A DNA stretch of 64,000 nt. Origin: Octopus sinensis. Its lineage: Eukaryota. The stretch lies in the NCBI RefSeq assembly GCF_006345805.1, contig NC_043007.1, forward strand, positions 50,468,001-50,532,000, in the 5' to 3' direction. Each line of letters begins with the position of its first letter. The first letter of the stretch is position 1. Positions 54,986 through 64,000 of this stretch are shown here, in pieces. Made by a program: the position numbers and the translations under genes. Below the pieces are notes generated by a model. It was given only the letters and a program-made list of their open reading frames with translations. It searched no databases and was not told the DNA's origin.

Positions 54986-55111
54986 TGCACACGCGTACTG
55001 TATATATATATATATATATAACAACAAATAATAACTTTATTTTAGATCACACCTTAAAAATCCGGCAATTGTTTCAATTGAATTAACATATACACACACA
55101 CAAATATATAT

Positions 55112-55181
<70 letters not shown>

Positions 55182-55683
55182 ATATGCATGTATATATGTA
55201 TGTATGTGTCCATCTCCCATGTTCCTGCCTTTAGGCTTTCAATCCATACACACTAGCTCAATTTGAAATGTTCTCAGTCAAAAGACGCATGTTGTTATTT
55301 CTTGTTCTTTGTATTCGTGTTTCTGTACCATGTTCTCCGTTTTTTTGTTTGTGTTTTTCTTTGTTGCCGTACACATTCACAAGGTTTCTTACAAAGGGTC
55401 TTAATGTTCTTAGCTTAGACATTTTTTGGGACAACCAGATCAAACCAACTCAAGTGTAACTGCCCGAAACGGTCGTGACGTCTGGTACATGACTGAAGAA
55501 AGAAGGGCACGAATGACCCGTCTTTTTTTGCCTTTCCTTCTAATTGTTGTTTCTCTTGTCCGCCTCTGTGTCATTTATCTGCCCGAACGTTTTAATGCCT
55601 TCTATTGCGTTTTTGTTCCGTATATATATATATGCGGTGCCCCAGCATGGCCACAGCTCGTGAGCTGAAACTAGAATCAATCA

Positions 55684-55733
<50 letters not shown>

Positions 55734-55741
55734 ATTATATA

Positions 55742-55820
<79 letters not shown>

Positions 55821-56087
55821 ATATAATATAATATATATATTAGTATGTATTTTTGTGTGTGTTTGTCCCCCACAAGCTTGAGAACCAATGTTTGTGTGTT
55901 TACGTCCCCGTAATAATATCTACGAAAATATCAAGGTTTTTACATTATCAAGGTAATCCAAATTGGGGAAATTCCAGCTGAACATCTGAAAAAACTTTTT
56001 AACAGTTAATAAATGTTAACAAAAAGAAACGGCTAAATCAATTTCATTCATTCATTGAACCAATAGCGACGTTATTGAATAACTACA

Positions 56088-56273
56088 GGCGCAGGCGTGG
56101 CTGTGTGGTAAGTGGCTTGCTTACCAACCACATGGTTCCGGGTTCAGTCCCACTGCGTGGCACCTTGGGCAAGTGTCTTCTATTATAGTAGCGAGCCGAC
56201 CACAGCCTTGTGAGTAGATTTGATAGACGGAAACTGAAAGAAGCCCGTCGTATATATATATATATATATTATA

Positions 56274-56315
<42 letters not shown>

Positions 56316-56511
56316 AATGTGTGTATGTATGTGTGTGTGTATGTTTGTGTGTCTGTGTTTGTCCCCCACCATCGCTTGACAACCGATGCTGCAACTTAGC
56401 GGCTCGGCAAAAGAGACCGATAGAGTAAGTTCTAATCTTACAAAGAATAAGTAATGGGGTCGGTTTGTTCGAGTAAGGGCGATGCTCCAGCATGGCCACA
56501 GTCAAATAAAA

Positions 56512-56515
<4 letters not shown>
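56088..56515 (+). mobile_element. Near full-length tRNA-headed SINE
   Basis: GGCGCAGGCGTGGCTGTGTGGTAAG...CCGGGTTCAGTCCCACTGCGTGGCACCTTGGGC...CCAGCATGGCCACAGTCAAAT. Confidence 0.9.
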
Positions 56516-56555
<40 letters not shown>

Positions 56556-57023
56556 CCAAAAATAAAAAAATAAACGTTTTTTAAGAAATGGCATTCAATT
56601 AATGGAGACTTCATAATGAGTAAAGTTACAGATGATGAAATCCAAATAAAAGATAAAAGATACTATACTAATTCTATATTTTTTGAGAATTAGAAATCTA
56701 TATAAAAATAATCTGAAAACTAACCTAAAAAGGACGTTGATGACGTTGCTGAATAACTGAAGAATAAAAACTACAGATAACAATTCCATGTTATTCTTAA
56801 CAGAAACTTAGATACTTTACGTTGCAATAATTATTACATATGTATTTAACGCATTAAATACATTAACCTTGTATAATATTTGAAAAATTATTCTAATCAT
56901 TAATATATACAATTATTGATGACTTCGCTTGATAACTTAGCTTGAAAATTTCAGATAGGATAGTTAAGTAATTATTTATTAAATATATTAAATCCTTGTA
57001 AAGGAATTAACCTTATTATATAA

Positions 57024-57330
57024 CTAACTGGCCCGTGCCGTCATATATAAATAAGGTACAAAACCAAGTTTTTAGTTTAATAATTCTTTTATTACCATTT
57101 TTTTTTTTTTTAATCTATCCGCACTGCTTTATTCTTTCAAAAGAATTTTTAAGTTTTCCTTCCTTCTTGTAAGACTTAAGGCCACATAAAGTTGGCCGTG
57201 ACTAAATACAAGAACTGGTAACTAAATACCAACCTTTTCGACGCGATGTTTCCTTTCAATTGCGCTCTCCATTACTGAAACCAGCCTAATCTCATACGGC
57301 TTAAAGCTACAAAAGGCAGTCCGTGTTTTA
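57024..57330 (-). mobile_element. Helitron 3' fragment (Pif1-like helicase C-terminus and 3' terminus)
   Basis: 57233-57174 translates as VGI*LPVLVFSHGQLYVALS. The element ends in ...CGGCACGGGCCAG-TTAG|T, resembling the Helitron GCACGGG subterminal motif plus CTRR. Confidence 0.75.
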
Positions 57331-57755
57331 TAGTTGGTGTTGTAAAACTTCCTTTTCAAAATTATTAATATAAATAAATTAGGCACATGTATGAATTGTT
57401 GCATGTGTATTTACACCTTTCAACTGCAGTTGTTTTATATTCTTAATACACTCAGGCAATAATTATTTTCTCTAATGAGTTTGTGTATGTTAGGGTATAC
57501 AGATCGTTAGATTTGCACGTGCTTCTAATGATATGTACATCTCGGATTACAAAGGCTTCTTGCTGATGATTCTGGCCTTGGCAGATAAAATTCTATCCAT
57601 TTACTAAAAAAGAGATGAAACCGCGGTACAAGATTAGCTGAGTTGGTAAACGTTTTTAATTTTCATTCCATTTCATGAATTTATCCCCTTTTTGTGTATC
57701 TAGCACTCGCTTCTTTATTTGGAAGCATTTTAATGTACTTATATATATATATATA

Positions 57756-57885
57756 CAGGGTGTCCCAAAAAAATGTATACACATAGTGGTTCGGCAAAAG
57801 AGAACGATAGAATAAGTACTAGGCTTACAAAGAATAACAAATTTACAATTATTTAAGGTGTGTATACATTTTTTGGGACACCCTG
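57756..57885. mobile_element. 130-bp Tc1/mariner-type MITE whose interior is largely a SINE fragment
   Basis: TA-CAGGGTGTCCCAAAAAAATGTATACACA...TGTGTATACATTTTTTGGGACACCCTG-TA. Interior 57785-57837 matches the SINE body GGTTCGGCAAAAGAGA.CGATAGAATAAGTACTAGGCTTACAAAGAATAA. Confidence 0.82.
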
Positions 57886-57892
57886 TATATAT

Positions 57893-59070
57893 ATAAACTG
57901 AACCACAACAGAAACGTCGCATACATACTAAATAGAAACGGGCTTCTTAACGGATTGCTATGGCATTGATTGAAGAATGCCACTTAAGAAACCATTCTTT
58001 CCTAATGAACTCAATACCTCGTGTGACCACCGAAGCGTTGATTGCCGCCAGGCATCTTCTGTTCATTGAATGTACCAAATGTTTAATGAAGGCTGTGGTG
58101 ATAGCAGCCCACACTCTGTTAAAACTTGCAGTGAGTTGTGACGCAGTTGTCAGTCTTGGACGGACGTCATTTAGCCATCTTTGGATTTTGTCTCACAAGT
58201 GCTGTATGGTGTTCAAGTTCGGACTTAGGGCGGGCAATGGCAGCGTTTGGATGTTGTACTGTTGAAGGAAGACTCTTGTCAATCTAGCAGTAAGGCACGG
58301 GCGTTGTCGTGATGGAACACGTGATTCCGATGACATGCAAAGTATGACACAGTGTGAGGACTCATTTTCCCAGTCTTGTCTGATGGTTTCTGGTTGAGTG
58401 CAATCCCACCCCATACCATGATGCTCTGTCCTCCACGTGAGTCTCTCTCTCCATCACACAGCCATCGGCATGACGTTCACCATTTCTTCTCCAAACCCTA
58501 GCTCTGTCGTCTGCCACAGAAATGCAATATCGACTTTCGTAAGAGAAAACTATAATCCTCCACTGCTGATATCACCAATTCTGATGTTTTTGAACCCACT
58601 GCAGACATGCCCGTTGATGACCATCTGTGAGGATGGAGCCCCTAGCCGGACATCGACAAGATAAATTGAAAGATATCAGCTGGTGGTGAGCTGTCTTTGC
58701 ACAAAAGGATCTGTGGTGAGTCCCTATGGTCTGCCTAGCTGATTCCGTTACCCTCTGAAATCGGTCCTGCATGTGGTGTCGGTGTAAGTGGCGATCTTGA
58801 CGTGCCATTGTAATCCACGGTCGGCCACCGCCTGGACGATCATCCGTGCTATCTGTGGCATTGTATCGTTCCCTCAGCTGCTCAATTGTTCGAATACTGC
58901 AGTTCGATTCAAGAACGTTGACCACCATTGAGACGTCCGATGGCTTGTTCCTTCTGATTTCGTGCCAGTCTTGACACACTTGCTGCGTTCGGGAAACGAA
59001 TGACAGGCTGGTAAATTCGGATGCTTTTTATATCCAATAAGTTTTGCACGTACACCATGCATGTACATAT
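57893..59070 (-). mobile_element. Tc1-like transposon, near full-length decayed transposase
   Basis: DRPGGGRPWIT..QDRHL, WRIIVFSYESRY, GGQSIMVWGGI, HDNAR..TARLT..FLQQYNIQTLPLPALSPNLNTIQHLWD. Confidence 0.9.
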
Positions 59071-59107
59071 ATATATATATCTGTAAAATAATACAGATTA
59101 ATCGGTA

Positions 59108-59176
59108 GCCAAGATAAAACTCTGAGTTTCGGATGCCGCGGTGGAAACCACAACACCATCTCTTCAGTTATCTGGC
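59108..59176 (-). ncRNA. Type I hammerhead ribozyme
   Basis: GCCAGAUAA-CUGAAGA-GAUG..[GUGG UUU CCAC]..CAUC-C-GAA-ACUCAGAGU-U|UUAUCUUGGC: long stem I, GUU triplet, near-palindromic stem III. Confidence 0.72.
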
Positions 59177-60033
59177 CATCTGAAAAAAGCTATGAAAAAA
59201 GACCGATAAAGGGAAATTACTGTGTTATAGTCCGCTACTTCAAAAGCGCTAATTCAATGACCGCTAATTAAAATAGGTTAAAAGTTCATAGTAAACACGT
59301 AAGCATGCCTGCTCATACGCATACATGTGCGCTCGCGCACCCACGTTCGTACGTATACATCACTATGAAAACGTACACATCTTCACTCGCATTTTTCGCC
59401 AAATATATATGCATATATATACAAACTCATACATACACACGCGCACCGTAAAAGTTCATACATACGTCTACATATGCACAAGCACAAGAAAAGACATGGT
59501 TAAGGGTAACAATACAGAAAAAAAGCATAATGAAGTATACAATAATTTCCTCTATTTACATAATATTCAGGTCTCTTTCTTTCTTTTGTTATCTTACCGT
59601 TTTTACCAATATATATAATATATATATATATATAATATATATATATATAATATATATACGTACACACACATGTTAAAATGGAAAAGTGAGAATATGAGTA
59701 CTTGATACTATATTGGTAGTTAAACATTCATTATTTTCAGGTTAACAATTGTCCAAGCGAAACAGATGTCAACGTTGGTACTCCAAAATGTAGATGAGTA
59801 CCAACGTTCTCACGTGTTACGTCTGAACAATTGTAAAGATCTCTTTTTACAGGAAACCATTGGCAGCCTTGTTGACCCACAGGTTATAAAAAGAAAGAGC
59901 CGTCGCACAAAATATTCCTGCTATATGGTGTGAAATATAAGATGTATTACATTAAATGGAGTGTTACATTAAATAAATTTGAAAAAGCAAACGAAAGCAC
60001 GACAAAGGAACGAAAGGAAAATTCAATTCATAT

Positions 60034-60074
<41 letters not shown>

Positions 60075-60076
<2 letters not shown>

Positions 60077-60230
60077 CAAGTTTCTTTCAGCTTCCGTCAA
60101 CCAAATCCGTTCACGGGGTTTTGGTTGGCGTGAGATTATGGTAGAAGACATTGCCCAAAGAGACATTCAGTGGGACTGAACTCGAAACCATGAAGTTAGA
60201 AAGCAAACTTCTTTCAACACCGTTAAGAAT
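60075..60230 (-). mobile_element. Degraded tRNA-headed SINE
   Basis: Reverse-strand GGTTTCGAGTTCAGTCCCACTG...GGGCAATGTCTTCTACC...GACGGAAGCTGAAAGAAAC. Confidence 0.75.
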
Positions 60231-60774
60231 TTAAACTCAGATTGAGCTTGAATTGTGTGTGTGTGTAATTTATCTACATACATGTATGTATGAGTGCGTG
60301 CATCGATATATGTGTGCATGTATGTACGTATGTATTTCTCCACAAAAAGACATGCATTCAAAGACATATAGTTGCAAACATACACAAAAAATCCATATGC
60401 GTAACCAAACACGCACATATTCACATGTAAAGAACTGCATGAAACCCTACATATATATGTGTGTGTACATATATGCCCGTCTATTTATATATATGTGTGT
60501 GAGAGCTTGTGTGTGAGTGTGCGCGTATGTGTTTGCGCGCGCCTGTGTGTTTATATTCACGTTGCACGTAGACATACACGAACAATTTCCTGCTTCCATA
60601 GCCATGTACACACCCAGTAGACAAGAAATATTTCGTCTAATTTCCTCTTCCTCCATGGAAACCTGCTCTAACGTCTACTGGGGGCTTACGTACATATTTG
60701 AACTATATTTTTCAGCTTTACGCACATATACACAGAAAAACACACACACATACATACATACATACATACATACA

Positions 60775-60808
<34 letters not shown>

Positions 60809-61339
60809 CATATATATACACACACATATATACATATATACACATACATATATATGTGTATATATGTGTGTGTGTATATATATATATGCATGCATGTTTA
60901 CAAATACATACACATATATACATATACATATATATATACAAATGTGTACATGTGTGTGTGTGCATACTCACACGTACAAACACAAACGCGTGCACGCTCT
61001 CACAAATACTCAATAGCTCTACATATTTTCAAATTAGATTTATAAATTCTTATAGCTAATTAAAAATAATTGAATTCAATTAATTTAAATATGTCCCTTA
61101 CAGAACACTTGGTAGTTTTTATCGGATAAGTGATGAGATTTTACCTGGAAAGGAAACTAGTCTCTTCTAATTAGCTTCCTGTGCAGGGAAAATTCTGTCA
61201 GCTCACCGCATTACGGTATTTAAACATTGAGAACTTCATGGATTCGGCCGTGTAGGCACATCACACCGGCCTCCTCAACACGAACTCCTCGTCCCTAAAA
61301 ATTTAGTGAAGTTCGCTATGATGTATCATTCGGATCAAG

Positions 61340-62703
61340 CTCTGTAAGGATTTAACGTAGCACCTTGAAATATATACATTATAGCATAACCTAAAACTGA
61401 TCCCGCTAGACAATTCTTCCTCCTCGATAACCATTTCCTCTCCGAGACACCAGTCTATAGAACATCTCTAATGTGCAGGCTACATTGTCTGTTCATATTC
61501 CACCCAAAAAGGTAGTGTGTGTGTATATTTAGAGTATATTCTCATTACGACTCACCTCTCTCACATGCATAACAGTAGCAATGACTTCCAGTTACTCTAG
61601 CTCACAATTTCATTCCCTTTAAACCGCCATCTGCTTCTGCTGTCGTTCACTGATCACCTCCGACTGTTAACAACTGTTCGTTCATATCACTTCCTCCATC
61701 TCATCTTACTTCTACCCTCTCTTAAACTATCGTTTCCGGAGAGATCAACACTCGCAAACGTTCTTTGCCCTTACACTCATCCTATACTGATGCCTATTCA
61801 GATTTCATGCCTATTCAGAATACATGCCTATACAGATTTCTGGCACACACGCAGAAATATCCTTGATCTACCCAAGATCTACAGATCATCTCCCTCTCTC
61901 CCTCTCCCCCTTCTCTCTGACGACCTACTGGGTCGTCCGAAAAAGGCCTTGTCGTAACTACTCTTGAGAATACTATTTATAATATATCATCACCAGTGTC
62001 AAGTTTATATCACTTCAAGTCAAGCTCTGCCACATTTTAAATAAGATGATGAATCAGAAATCCGCCAGTTTTATGCTGATTATCATAGGTTAAACATGTA
62101 ACATCTGACTCATATGAAACAGCTGAGTTAGTGACTAACAGATATCCATCCTTTCAGGCATATTCCACGCAAACAATCCCAACTCTATTCTCCAAATTCT
62201 GCAACTGGTTCACTCATGGCTGTACTGTAGCAGTTCTGGTAATGAAGTTAGCGTGCAGTGCTTGGAGAAAACCACCCATCCGTACAAACTGGACGGCTCT
62301 TACTCAATAACACAAATCCTCCTAGACCATCGTACAGCACATCGGTCCTTCTACCTCCCGATTATTTCTTTCCCTTTTCAAATTTACCTCTCCGGTATTC
62401 ATGGTATCCTCTCTCCAGCACTTCCTACCCCTGATCCTGTAAAAAGTAACCACCACAATTAGCTCACATCGTATCTATCTATATGCTACTCACACTCAGT
62501 AATTATTCTCAAAAAGTATCCTTTTCCTCATAAGCAGGGTCACCGCCGTCATGCACACACATACATTACTGCAGAAGAAATTTCAGTTGCTTCAAACCAA
62601 GGCAACAAGCTTCCTTAAACAATATAACTCCAGACCTAGCCTCTATTCTTACAAACTCTTCAATCTTTCCGTTTTTTCTCTCTCTCTCTCTCTCATTCAC
62701 TTT

Positions 62704-62748
<45 letters not shown>

Positions 62749-63000
62749 GGCCCTTTTTTTTCTCTCACCTAGCTTTCTCTGGACATATCACTTTTTGTGG
62801 AAATAAACTGTAAAGTGCAACATTCCTGAGAAAAGAAACCCCCTGGCTGGTAATTACGGTACTATCACCCTTTTTTCCCAGCATCTTAAAGGTCATCGAG
62901 GCATCTATTCGCAACAATATCTCCAATGAATTTAATGTTTAAACCTCCTTAAAGGCTACCGATACGACTTTCGTGAAATCATAAAGCCACTGAAGATGTA
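61340..63000 (+). mobile_element. Very old LINE remnant (CR1/L2/Jockey group)
   Basis: Weak motif echoes only: KKVVCVYI (GGVCVYI), SGEINT (GDFN), SILKVIEASI..NLLKGYRYDFR (LSKVLE..NLL..QYGFR). Confidence 0.4.
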
Positions 63001-63065
63001 GTATTTTACGCCAGGGAAAAGTGGACTTAAACAAGAGGCTGAGTGTTGGTATTGAACTACTACAA

Positions 63066-63423
63066 ACAAGGGGCTAAACACAGAAGGGACAAACAAGGAC
63101 AGACAAACGGATTAAGTCGATTACATCGACACCAGTGCGTAACTGGTACATAATTATTTCGTCTGCCGTTATGTTCGACCTCGGCGGAATTTGAACTCAG
63201 AACATAACGGCAGACGAAATACGGCGAAATGCGTAGCCGTATTTCGTCTGAGTTATGTTCTGAGTTCAAATTCCGCCGAGGTCGACTTTGCCTTTCATCC
63301 TTTCGGGGGTTGATAAATTAAGTACCAGTTACGCACTGGTGTCGATGTAATCGACTTAATCCGTTTGTCTGTCCTTGTTTGTCCCTTCTGTGTTTAACCC
63401 CTTGTGGGTAGTAAAGAAATAGG
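63066..63423. repeat. Head-to-head CORE-SINE foldback palindrome
   Basis: Left arm 63066-63225 (-) and right arm 63236-63423 (+), centred on GACGAAATACGGC-gaaatgcgta-GCCGTATTTCGTC. Confidence 0.88.
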
Positions 63424-63603
63424 TATTGAACTTGGAACAACGTGGTTCCAAAGTGAACCTTTCCATTCCCAAGCTTGCCAATTTCACAATATGCACACAC
63501 ATTTAAAAACAGTTTTCACGTTTCGTATATTGAGCTCAAAGGCACCAATTTTATATGCAATAATTGTTATAGAAACCAACTTTCAGCATTAATTAAATGC
63601 AGT

Positions 63604-63682
63604 GTTATAGACACAATGTTATAGGCAACTGTTATAGACCATGTTATAGGTCATGTTATAGACACAATATTATAGGCAATAG
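63604..63682. repeat. Short 12-14-bp tandem repeat, core TGTTATAG
   Basis: About six units of TGTTATAG(A/G)C... Confidence 0.8.
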
Positions 63683-64000
63683 TCTGAACTCGTTGAGCAG
63701 TTAAGTTTCAAGGTTCAACACTGCATACAGTAACTATAATTGTTTCGATAATATACTTTGGAAAAACACGAGCATCACAAATTACATTTTCTGACTTTAT
63801 CTTTTCCTCTTCCTTTACAATTTAGGTTTCATTACTACAGAGACGGAGCGTAACAGGAAACCACTCCAATACATACATACATACATACATACATACATAC
63901 ATACATACATACATACATACATACATACATACATACATGCATGCATGCATACATACATACATACACATGCACCCACAGATATGTATTTTTGTGTATATAC

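Noticed and set aside
57563-57600. CUGAUGA-U-UCUG(GCCUUGG)CAGA-U-AAAA
   Set aside because: Core and stem II are present, but G12 is missing and there is no stem I or III pairing.

Overview
A 64-kb AT-rich eukaryotic window, most likely cephalopod (Octopus-like). That assignment is inferred only from my recognition of the SINE families and the extreme microsatellite load. I found no host protein-coding exon I can support; almost every ORF in the track is translated microsatellite. The window is a transposon graveyard: tRNA-derived and CORE-type SINEs, a Ty3/gypsy remnant with one LTR, RTE, CR1-group and R4/Dong LINE fragments, Tc1/mariner relics and MITEs, a Helitron 3' end, and many Penelope-like (PLE) fragments. 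The main unannotated signal is a set of type I hammerhead ribozymes (HHRs), found by reading both strands. Five look intact or nearly so (5421+, 36478+, 36974-, 37519-, 59108-) and four are degenerate. Two of them sit in a 545-bp head-to-tail tandem inserted in (TA)n, the layout expected of a non-autonomous retrozyme-like element that could release a 545-nt self-cleaved, possibly circular, RNA. Other structural oddities are an RTE with a twin-priming-type 5' inversion, a SINE foldback palindrome, a MITE with a SINE fragment inside, three copies of a (TAA)n-associated repeat, and a 1.13-kb tandem duplication that may be an assembly artefact. All folds and alignments were done by eye; coordinates of degraded repeats are approximate.
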